Shown: positions 52,840-64,000 of the stretch, in pieces
How positions within the stretch are numbered: the first letter of the stretch is position 1
How the letters are laid out: each line of letters starts with the position of its first letter
Assembly (NCBI GenBank): GCA_963777605.1
Contig: CAVZRV010000010.1
Span: forward strand, 352,001 to 416,000
Origin: an uncultured Acidobacteriota bacterium
GTDB lineage: Bacteria; Acidobacteriota; UBA6911; RPQK01; JAPXNP01
Direction of reading: 5' to 3'
Length of the DNA stretch: 64,000 nt
Made by a program: the position numbers and the translations under genes
The notes under the pieces: generated by a model
What the model saw: the letters and a program-made list of their open reading frames with translations, nothing else
Told to the model about the DNA's origin: nothing
Databases searched by the model: none

Positions 52840-53315
52840 CCCGTGGCGGTCCGCGAGAAGCCCAACTTTCGAAGCACTGCCGCTGAGGCCAGGTTTTCCG
52901 GATGAGTGAATGCCATGACTCTGGGCAGGCCAAGCGCACCGAAAGCCACTCGCAGCCATCCCAGCGCCGCCTCCGTAGCCAAACCCTGCCCCCAGTATCT
53001 TCGCGCCAGCCGGAAACCAAGTTCGACACTGTGGAGTTCTTCGAGCAGCATGAGGCCGCAGTCACCGATCGCCGCACTGGATTCCCGGCGCGTCACTACC
53101 CACTTGGAAAATCCATGAGCGGCCTGGTGCTCACGGTATCTCTCGATGCGCCGCCGGGTCTCCTCAATCGAGCGGTCGGGCCCATGCACATTCAGACGCA
53201 TCACCTCGGCGTCGCCAAACCAGCCAAACGCTGCTTCGGCATCACCTTCGGCAAAAGGGCGCAGGTGTAACCGCTCAGTCTGAATCGGTTCGTTCACAAA
53301 AGACCGGCTATCCAT
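52761..53315 (-). CDS. GNAT/RimJ-RimL family acetyltransferase
   Basis: TERLHLRPF, YWGQGLATEA, NLASAAVLRKLGF. Confidence 0.9.
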   Translation of the reverse strand: MDSRSFVNEPIQTERLHLRPFAEGDAEAAFGWFGDAEVMRLNVHGPDRSIEETRRRIERYREHQAAHGFSKWVVTRRESSAAIGDCGLMLLEELHSVELGFRLARRYWGQGLATEAALGWLRVAFGALGLPRVMAFTHPENLASAAVLRKLGFSRTATGQVMGMDALIFACDESQFIRRTTKNS

Positions 53316-53453
53316 GCCGTTTTGTATCAAGCCCCCACCTTTTCCAGGACTGGCCACCCCGTTCATAAGTTGGTTTCGCACTTCGCCCTCGAAATCCTCA
53401 GTTCGCTGTTCGAATTGGAGCTTCGAATTCCAATTCAATCTCTGGTTCGCGAT

Positions 53454-53762
53454 TCAGGAATTCTCTTCCCGCAGGGTCTTGAGCAGCTTGTAGACCTCGA
53501 CCCGCGGTTCCTCTTCGGCCTGGTAAGTCTCGGCAATCGAGGCTCGCAGTTCCGACGTTCGATAGGCCTCGAGGGACTCCGCGGAATCCCACAGGTACAG
53601 GCCTGCCATCACTCCGGTCTTGACGTCCTCCAGGTAGTATTTCTGCTGCAACCCCGGAAGGGCTTCAAAATCGGGAGCCCTCTCCTCGGCAATGGTCATG
53701 GCCTCCTCGCGTGGGAGCCGCGACTTGAACCGAACCATCAAGACGAGTGCAGGTTTCGCCAT
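53454..53762 (-). CDS. YdhR-like dimeric alpha-beta barrel protein
   Basis: LPGLQQKYY, AGLYLWDS. Confidence 0.8.
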   Translation of the reverse strand: MAKPALVLMVRFKSRLPREEAMTIAEERAPDFEALPGLQQKYYLEDVKTGVMAGLYLWDSAESLEAYRTSELRASIAETYQAEEEPRVEVYKLLKTLREENS

Positions 53763-53993
53763 GGTCGATCTCCTCTCTTTTCGCTAAACGATTGTCATTC
53801 CACACCAAGGCCGGTGTTGAAACGTTGTGCGAGAATATTGAGCCTGCGACTCAATTCTAAGTTTGCATATCAGCATACTCCCCTGCCGGGTCATGTGGAA
53901 TACACACAAGATCCGGGGAGGGCGTCCCGTAAGGTCGCACCGCACCCGCACCCCGCGCGGAACATTCAGAAAGTGAAGCTTGCCACGAGTGTT

Positions 53994-54070
53994 TTGAACC
54001 GCCAAGGCGCGAAGAAATCTCTCGTTTTTGACAATAAGGCCCTTAACGACCTTCGCGACTTGCGGTTCAA
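53994..54070. repeat. Imperfect inverted repeat (MITE/REP-like)
   Basis: ttgaaccgccaaggcgcgaag ... cttcgcgacttgcggttcaa. Confidence 0.7.
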
Positions 54071-54182
54071 TTCGAGCTCTCCAAAACGAAGTCAGGGCAG
54101 AAATCGCCGGGCAAGCTGCCCGGTTGACATCTCAGGCACGGCTGCCTGGATTACACTACCAGCCCGACCTTCCAACTCAGGC

Positions 54183-57100
54183 CTACTCGATCACCGTTGG
54201 CGGGACCGCCGACATCAGTGACAGGTTGGACAATCCGAAGAGCTGCTGGGCAATGATCGGGATCGAGGATTCAATCAGGATATAGCCTCCGACCTGGCCA
54301 TTCGACGCCGGTACGAGCTCGGCAACCGTTGCCGACTTTCGGTGACCCGCTGTCAGAGTGAACGAGTTTTCACCGGCCGTCTCACCATCGGGCGTCATCA
54401 CCCGGAGATGGATCTGCGCTGTCGAGGCCGAGGGGTTATAAAAGGCCAGGCCGGTAAAGAAACCCAGTCCGTTGGCGACGTGATTAAAGACGGCCCGGCG
54501 AAAGGCACTCGCCTGCAGCGGCAGCGCCGCCAAATACTTGCCATCTACAGCATCTCCGAACAGGACGTCGCCCACCATGTAGGGAGCATCGGATTTTACT
54601 CGTAGCGACCCCACGAAGGGATCGTTGACGAAGTCGATGCCGAAGACGTCGGCAGCGTATCCCTCGTACTGCACTTCAGGATAGAAAAGCCAGTAGACCT
54701 CCTTGAAGACCTCTCCCGTTGGCCCGAGGGCTCCGATGTCGACACGGCGGTCCTCGGTCCGATGCGTATTCATGAGCTTCATGCTGGTGAAGACACCGGC
54801 GGTCGAGGCCAGCTGAGCAGAATAGGAGGCGGTCTGCCCGCCCAGTGTGACGCCATTGAGTCCGATCAGGCTTTTCGGCGAGAACTGCCGAATCAGCTCG
54901 AAACCGACGGCCTTCCCCGAATCCTGGATTTCGACCTCGATCGAGCCCGTCCCCTGCAAACCGTCGAAAAGATCCGCGACGGAACCCGACAGCATCCCCC
55001 GTGCCGAAATGTCAAAACTCTTTTGGACCGTGGCCTCCGGGTCCTGCGGGTAGGAAATGTCGCGGTAGGTCAGAACGGCTCGAATCGCGGAATCGCCGGG
55101 ATTGGCCACGGCGATCTGTGTGGTCACCTCATCCGTATATTCATAGATCCGGGTCAGATAGAAGTGAGGACTCGCCTCTGCTATGGAAACGGAGCCATCC
55201 AGTCCCTCCAGGTCGGAGGTGCCGAACTGGAAGAATCCTCCAATTTCGGGATTGTCCGACTTCACTTCGACCCACCCCAGTTGGGGCGTCGCAGCGTCCT
55301 CCCCAAATATTTCGTTGCCGAGTCGAGCGAGTTGGTGCCCGGCCTGAAGCTGGGCGACAGCAGGGTTTACATCGAAGGGGCAAAGGTCGCCTGTCTCGGT
55401 GTACGCCGTGAATTTCACGTTGGCCGGCTCATCCGAGTAGTTGGACACAGCAAAAGCCGTGAAGATTCCATTCCCTGCCTGGTAGAAGGGGAAGTAGAGG
55501 TGGACGCGGTCGGCGGCAGCGGATTCCACATTGCCGAAATCACGGCCGGACAAGACGGCGCCACTGGTCGAAACGACGGCATCCGCCGGGTCGCTCGTCG
55601 TCTGTCGCCATCCGGGCTGCTGCACCTCCCGCAGGGCGTACGTGCCGACATCGAGGTCACCGATCGCATACCGGCCCCCGTCGTCGGTCTTGGCACAGGG
55701 TTCCACGGCCAAGGCATCACAGATCCCGGCGAGCTTTGGATTGTTCAGGACGCCGTCCCGGTTGAGATCGGCGAAGATCGTCCAACCGGCCAACCCGGGA
55801 TCGGAGGCTTCGGCGATACCGTTCTCATTGAGATCGTTGAACTTCTTGCCGGTGACCCGTCCCAGTTTGAAGTTGCCGAAATCGAGGCCGGAAAGGTTCT
55901 TTCCGCTCTCGGTGACGATCGTATGCGTTCCCTCACCCGACGGATGTTTGCGGGCCCACCCATCCTCGAGAACCTCGCGGATCGTGTAGGTTCCGGATCC
56001 GATTTGACCGAAACAAAAGGAACCGGCCGCGTCGGTCACAACCGACTGGAGCGGAGTATCGGTGCCTGCCAGCAGTTCGATTGTCCAGCCCGAGAGCCCC
56101 GACTCTCCATTCTGGCGCGCGCCATCCCCGTTGACGTCTTCGAACTTGGTTCCGCAGATCGAGACGGGAACAAATTCACCCCCGGCCACGCGATTGCCAA
56201 AATCGAGCCCGTCCGTCGTCTTTCCGCTCTCGGTCGAGACAACGTGGCCGGTCGAGGACGAGGGATAGGTCTGGACCCAGCCCGTCTGCTGGACCTCCCG
56301 GATCGTGTGGCTCCCCGGTCCGAGCTGCGTGAAACAGTAGCTTCCTCCGGCCCCGGTCTGCCTGGTCACGGAAAGGTCATGCGGCCCGGAGAGGCGAATC
56401 GTCCAGCCGGCCAGGCCCGGCTCCCCGGCCCCGCGAACGCCGTCGCCGTTGAGATCATTGAATTTGAGCCCGCACAACTCGGCCTCCCGGAAGTTTCCGA
56501 AGAGGACGTCCGGGTGGCTCTGGCCGCTTTCGAGCTGGATGCGCGTACTCTCCTCCGGACCCGGCCGGCTGCGTGCGGATCCACCCCTGGCGTGATGCCT
56601 CACGCACGGTATACTCTCCCGGCTCGAGCTCGGAGAAGCAGAAGCCTCCACCCGTCTCCGTTACCTCTTGCGCGGTCGCTCCGTCCGGCTTGGTCAGCTC
56701 GATCGTCCAGCCGCCGATTCCAGGTTCGCCCGCATCACGGAGCCCATTTCCGTTGAGATCTTCGTACTTTGCCCCACAGATTCCGACCCCCTGGGCGTTG
56801 CCGAAATCGGTGACAAGCACAACGCCGCTGTGGATCGGGTAGATGTGCCCGGTCACGGGAAAGGTCGGGCTCCAGCCCGGTTGATCGACTTCGGAGACGC
56901 TCAGTTCGCGGGCTCCCAGTGGATCGCCAGGCCCGACATCGAGGATCTCGAAATGCCCGCTCGAGTCGGTCGTCGCCCGCCTGTCGACACTTCCGTCACG
57001 ATTGAGATCCAGCTCGATCTCCCAGCCGGGCAGGCCGGGCTCGCCCGGGTCGAGAGCGCCGTTGCCGTCGAGGTCGTGAAACTTCCTGCCCTGAACCGTC

Positions 57101-60100
57101 ATGAAGCGGAAGTTCCCGAAATCCACGTTGGCCTGAAGACCGCTGTGTATGGGCAGAGGCGTGTTGCCGAGCGGCGCCGTCTGAACCCAGCCGGTGCGGG
57201 ACACCTCCCGGACGATGAAGCTGCGATCACCCTTGAGGTCGCCGAGGCCAATGTTCCCGAAGCGGTACTCGCCGTTGCCGTCGGTGGTCGCAGTATGCTC
57301 GATCGAACCGTCACTGTTGAGATCGACCTCGATGGTCCACCCGCTGAGACCGGGTTCGCCCGAATCCCGAGTGCCGTCTCCGTCGCTGTCCTCGTACTTG
57401 ATCCCCTGGACGATCATGTCCTGGAAATTGCCGATGCGGACGATGCGGGCCTGCTGCTCGTCAACCGTGAGCATGGGGGGATTGGCCGAGGTCTGGGTCC
57501 AGCCCGTTCGTCCGATCTCACGGGCCGTGTAGCCTACTCCCGGTTCGAGGTTGTCGAACACGGCCCAGCCGGACTCGGTGTCCTCATCGATCGAGCCGCT
57601 GCCGTCCAGATCGACGAACCCGGTCGTCCGGGTCTGGATCGACCCGTCCTTGGCGCTTTCCAGCTGGATCGTCCAGCCGTTCAAACCGGGATCGTTCGCG
57701 TCCTTGACGCCGTCACCGAGAAGGTCTTCGTACTTCTGGACGTAGATCGCGCCCCCCTGAAGGACGACAACACCGTTCGTATCGCTACGTCGGGTCAGCG
57801 AGGTGAGAGGAATGCAGACATCGGCCTGTACCTCCGTGCGGCCGGGTTGCAGCCCTTTCAGAAGGCCGGTGCCCTGGCCCACCGAAACGATGTCGTTCGG
57901 ATCCGGAACCATGGTCCACTCGTTGACGAAGCCGGGCAGGGCCGTCTGCACACGCAATGCATCGATCGTCACTTCGCCCGGATCCGGTATCCAGCTGAAG
58001 CGCATCTCGAAGTAGCCTTCGTCGTCCCGGTAGAGGCCCGAAGGTCGCGTTGCGTTTGCGGGCAGGGTGATGGTCTTGGAGACGCCGGAGGGAGTGATCT
58101 CCGCGCCCGGGATCAGGTTGGCGACGATCTTGTTGACGACCGTCGAATTCGTGATGCCGAGCTTGTCGAAGGGGATCCGGAAGGGCTGGCTGGCCCCGGA
58201 GAAGAAGTCGAACATCCCGACCGTTTCGGCCTGGCGGTCCTCGTTCAGGCCGACCGCCAGGGGATCTTCGAATTGCCCGGTACCGGAGCGGATCTCGATC
58301 TCCTCGAGGTCGGGGATCACGAGCACGAGCATCACGTCGGTGGCCTTTCCCAGGCAGTAGTTCGTCATGTCGAACGTGGCCTGAACGGCGCTGATGCCCG
58401 ATGCCCGGGCTTCGACAGAACCGTCGAGATAAGGCGGCACGCTCGAACCCAGCGTGATGAACGGATCGCTTTGACCCGATTTCACGAGGGCCGACTCGTA
58501 GGTGAGCAACTCGGAGACGGCTACGGGCGCAGCGATCGAAACGACACGGGCCAGCCAGGCGAGTGGGTGGGCCGACGGGATCCAACCAAGCGCCGAGAAG
58601 GCATCCATGAGGTCAACTGTCGCCACATCCTCCCCGAAAAGCCGGAAGGTGAGACTCTTCACCTGGACGGTCCCGTTCTGGCCGAGTGAACCCACCCAGC
58701 TGCACTGATTCGTCGACGGCGGCATCAGGATCATCGGAGCATCAAGCGGGAATTCCTTTCCGAGACGATTGGTAAGGAACTCCGAAATCGTGTTGCTTAC
58801 CGGACTGGTCAATGCCAGCGGTTCGATCTCGAGGCTCTCGGCCTGAAGAATCTCCATGCCGCCGATCAGGAGAGCGTAGTTGGAGCGCTCGATGTCGGTC
58901 GGAGAATTTTCCCGTACCGCGCGCACAACGTTGATGCCGGAGCTGTTGAACTTGACGTAGGCCTTGCTCTGCGTCGGGGTCTTGGACTTGCGGACGTCAA
59001 TTTGCGCAATCTCCCCGACGAGATCCTGGTACGTCTTCTTCAGTTCGTTCAGGCCGTCGAAGATCAGATCGTCCGGAAGGCCGGTTCCGTCCAGCTTGAC
59101 CCACTCGTAACGGATGTTGGCGTCCCCGGAGATTTCCTTTCCTGTTGCCAGATCGGTGACCCGGATCTCCCGTTCCTGGGACCCGCAAAGGCTCATTCCC
59201 AATACCAGCTCGGGGCTCAGGCGGATGCCGCCCTCGGGCTGGGGGCACTCGGAGAATTCCGAGGTGTTTCCGTTCGGATCGGTGGCGGTGGCAGTGATGA
59301 CGCCGTCGGCGATGCCGGCCAAGGCCAGGGTCTGCGCAAAGTGTCCCTTGGAATCCGTGGTGCCCTTGATGTCGTAGTTGAATCCGAACCAGCTTTGCTG
59401 CGCCAGAAACGTCTCACCTTCGCCGTATCCCGATGAGTCGCAGGAGGCGTTGCGGAAGAACTCGAAGGTGAACTCGGTCGAGGGGAGTCCGTCGTAGGCG
59501 AGCGTAATTTCGGTCTTGTCGTCGTTCAGGGTCACGACCGGGTAGTTCAGATAATCGTTGGGACCGGAGTCGGCGTCCAGGGCGTCGTTCGGTGTGGCTC
59601 CGTCCGGGCTGGCGAACTCAGTCAAATTGATGCCCAGGCCGCCGTTGGAATGGATGGAATTCCTGCTGATGCGGGATTGTCCGGTGTTGTACCGGTCTTC
59701 GTCTGCCTGGTACTCCAGAACGGCGACACCGTCCCCTCCGTTGAAAGCAACCACGTTTTCGATGATCGTGTTGCCCGATCCGTCAGCTACCACAACTCCG
59801 AAACTTGCGTTGCCGAGGTCCGCGGTGCCGTCAAGAGCCACGCCGACCTTGTTGTGCTGAAGCAACGTGCCGTCGGAGGCCAGATAGACTCCCATTCCGG
59901 TGCTGCCCGTCGGGTCGAACAGGGGGTCCAGCTGGAGAGTCCCCGAGATGACATTCTTTTCGATGATGTTGTTGGCCGGCCTGTCGGAGTAGTTGGGCGG
60001 TGTGCCGCCGTCGGACGTATAAGTGATGAACAGTCCCGCCGCGCCATTCCCGACGGACTGGGAACCCAGAGCATCCGTCCCGATCAGGTTGCCCTTGACG

Positions 60101-62149
60101 ACGTTGTCCCGCGCCCCGCCGCCGACGATCTCCAGCCCGCCAGCGGCATTACCCGAGATGACGTTGCGCTGGGAAACCTGCTCGCCTCCAATCGTGTTCT
60201 CGGAGGAGTCATGAATGCTGATCCCGGTGAAGTTGGCCTTGGCCTGGGATCCGGCCGCATTGGTGCCGATATAGTTGTTCTCGACCCGGTTGCCGCCGTT
60301 GTCATCGAGTGAGATGCCGGAATTGCCCGAGTAGTAAGGTGGACTCGCCTGGTCGACCGCGCCGTTGATCACCAGGCCGCGAATCACCGAGCCGCCGGCG
60401 TCGATCCACGGGCCTGCACCCCCTGCCGCGCTTCGCGTCAGTTCGACGCGCCCTCCGGCGCCTCCCCCGGAGCCGTCGATCACCAGCGGATCGGTGGCTC
60501 GCGGCACCCCGTCACCGATATCCACGGTACTGACGGAAAACTCAATTGTATCCATACCCGGGGTGGCGTTCGCCTGCTCGACGGCCGCGTGCAGCGTGCA
60601 GACGATCCCTGGCACATCCTTGTCCGTGTCGCAGACGCCGTCCGAAGGATCGTCATCGCCCTCCGATCCGCCGCTGTTCACCACGAACGTCGCCGACGAC
60701 GTGGAGATGGACATCGAGACACTGCCTGAGTCACGGTGGAGAACAGCCAGATCGAGCTGCGCATCGGAGTTCAGCTGCACGGCCATCACCGAAGCGCCAG
60801 GATCGTCCAGGGGAAGGATCAGCGGCGACTGAAGGGCCGCTTCGGATGGCAGATTCGCGCCGGGCTGATGTTCCCGCCAGCGCGACGGATCGCCGATACA
60901 CCAATTGAACGTAAGGTCCGGTCTCATCCCAGACGACCAATTCATCGAGGGGGACGGTCGACAGCCGCCCTTTGGTAAGGTGGAAGTGAACTCGGCTGTC
61001 CCGGCTTACAGACCTCGCAAGACCGACCGATTTGCGCACGGTCCACTGGGCCGAAAACTGATCCGAGGCCATTGAGGAAGGGGGAATCCCCCGACCGGGC
61101 AGGTCGAATTCCAGGAAGCGGACGATACCGGGTTCCACGACGACGGCCACGTCGTTTCGGTGCAGCCTGTCCCAGACGAAATCACCCACTTCGGCGGTTA
61201 CGATCCTGTCATCACACGGTATCCGGTCAGCACGGACGACGGGTCCCTCCGCGGAGAGCGGGCTCCCCGGGCCGCGTAGAACCCACAGTCCGCTATCGGT
61301 GACGACGAACAGGTCAACGGGAAAGTAGTCGTCCAGATTCGCCATTCGCAAATCGAGGACCTCTCCGTTAACGGTGAATTCCACCGGAGTTGCACCTAGT
61401 CCTCCAAGCTCCGACTGGAACAGGAATACCGTGTCCGGACGACTCTCGATCGTTACCGCCAGATCGCTCCGTCCGTCCTTGCGGTTGAACTCTCCGGCAA
61501 CCATCACCACGGGAGGTCCAGGCAGTTCGAAGGGTTGTTCCGGAGCACTCAGCCCTGTCGCTGTGCCCTGGCAAAGGTAGAGGAGTGGGGTACCTCGAGA
61601 AGCGTAGACCAGATCGTCGATGCCGTCCCCGTCGAAGTCTCCAACCGCAGACAACTCCGGCGCGACGGTTAATTGGCGAGCTGTGTAGCCGGCCTCGAAC
61701 GGGGCAGATCGCGCCAAAGACTCCGGCAGGCGAGCCGCGGTCCTCGCCGCGATCGAATCGGTCTGGTACCGGCTGCCAGGGTGAACGCGCAGGAACGGTC
61801 CGCCGTTGCCTCGTCCCATGAGCACCAAATCGGTAAGGCCGTCCCCGTCGAAGTCTCCGGCCGCCATCGACCTCGGATGGACGCTGACGGAAGCCTGCAG
61901 GAGAGCCCCCGGACCTCCCGTCGGAGTCGCTGAAAGCCGGATTTCGTCTCGCAGATTCACCCAGGGAAAACCCACGCCCGAGGAATGGAGCAGCGGACGT
62001 AGCGGGTGGTCCTTTTCGTTCGATTCCGAAGATAAGGTCTGCACCTCGGCGGGAGCCGCGCTGAGTGACCAAGGGACGAACAGCATGATAACGCGTAGCG
62101 TGGTCGCCCGAACCAGACTTCTCGAAACCCAGTGACCGGTCGCCTGCAT
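54183..62149 (-). CDS. Giant secreted repeat protein (~2650 aa: FG-GAP/VCBS, CSLREA/beta-helix, 7 SdrD-B-like repeats), split by 2 frameshifts
   Basis: ORFs 60731-62269, 56455-60945 and 54183-56651 are continuous in domain content; GDFDGDG repeats, CTLHAAVEQAN, NxIGTxAxG, KYED.NG.G..D.GEPGL.GWTI x7. Confidence 0.8.
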
Positions 62150-62842
62150 CGCTTCACCCACTTTCAGTCGGATGGTCACCCGACGCCCGCAGCTCCTTCG
62201 CACAGTCCAGTCTTCGACGTTTCTGCAAGTATCGATCCTATGGGACTTTCCGCAAAAGTCAACCTGCACGAGCGAGAAGAGTTGCCATCTAAGTAGAAGT
62301 CTTGAACGGGGGCTGACCAGGCCGGTTGGCGCGGCACATCCGGCGGGTTGCCCGGATTACCCGCGGTTGCCAGAAAGCATCAGGCGGACCTGCTCGTCCA
62401 GTGCGAAGGCACGACACGGGCGGCTCACTCCGACACCTGAATCGGGGCGCCTTCTCAGCCTGTTGCACGTGCAGGAAGGGCTGGGTCCGAACAGCGGTCA
62501 AGACATTGCAATCGACCCGGTTGTCGGTTGCCCTTCCGAATGCAAATCCGTAAACTACAGTTGGTATCAGGGGATGGAGTCCCCCGTATCAACCGCCTCC
62601 CAGGGCTGATGACTCCTACCGCGCAGGCTTCTGCGGAGGAGGAGTTGTTGTCATATAGCACCTGCCCGCCACGGCGTGGGCATTATTCAGCGGAAACGGG
62701 CATCGCAAAGGTGAGGGCTCTTTTGGACCCCCGAGCACTCGCTTTGTGTTTGCCGATCCCACCGACTCATTCGGTCTCTACACAGTCCACGGACGAAGTT
62801 CCCCAGTCTGGATTCTGCGTTCCTGCGACCGAAGCGGGTTGA

Positions 62843-64000
<1,158 letters not shown>

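Overview
About 64 kb of GC-rich bacterial chromosome, most likely Acidobacteriota. This is inferred from the TonB-ExbB-ExbD-ExbD-TPR block, the IPT/NHL gene ahead of tgt-yajC-secDF and a GTTC-N7-GTTC SOS box at recA. Bases 1-43.9 kb are mostly core or metabolic genes: a TetR/TolC/HlyD/ABC efflux operon, short-type topoisomerase IV (parE/parC), ppc, an arsenosugar-type radical-SAM cluster, sppA, mutM, tRNA-Gln, recA, relA/spoT, tonB/exbBD, secDF-yajC-tgt and tRNA-Asn. tRNA-Asn starts an accessory region. It holds a four-helix-bundle (bAvd/IVS-like) gene bracketed by repeated heptamer-rich units that recur elsewhere in the window, a partial duplicate of the tRNA 3' end, an orphan MNT antitoxin with a probable HEPN stub and a broken retron-type reverse transcriptase. 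Further on are several REP/MITE-like palindromes, a frameshifted CocE/NonD hydrolase, a ~2650-aa secreted repeat protein split by two frameshifts, and the start of eno. Single-base frameshifts, including in housekeeping genes, suggest sequencing or consensus errors. All calls come from reading motifs by eye; no database searches were run.
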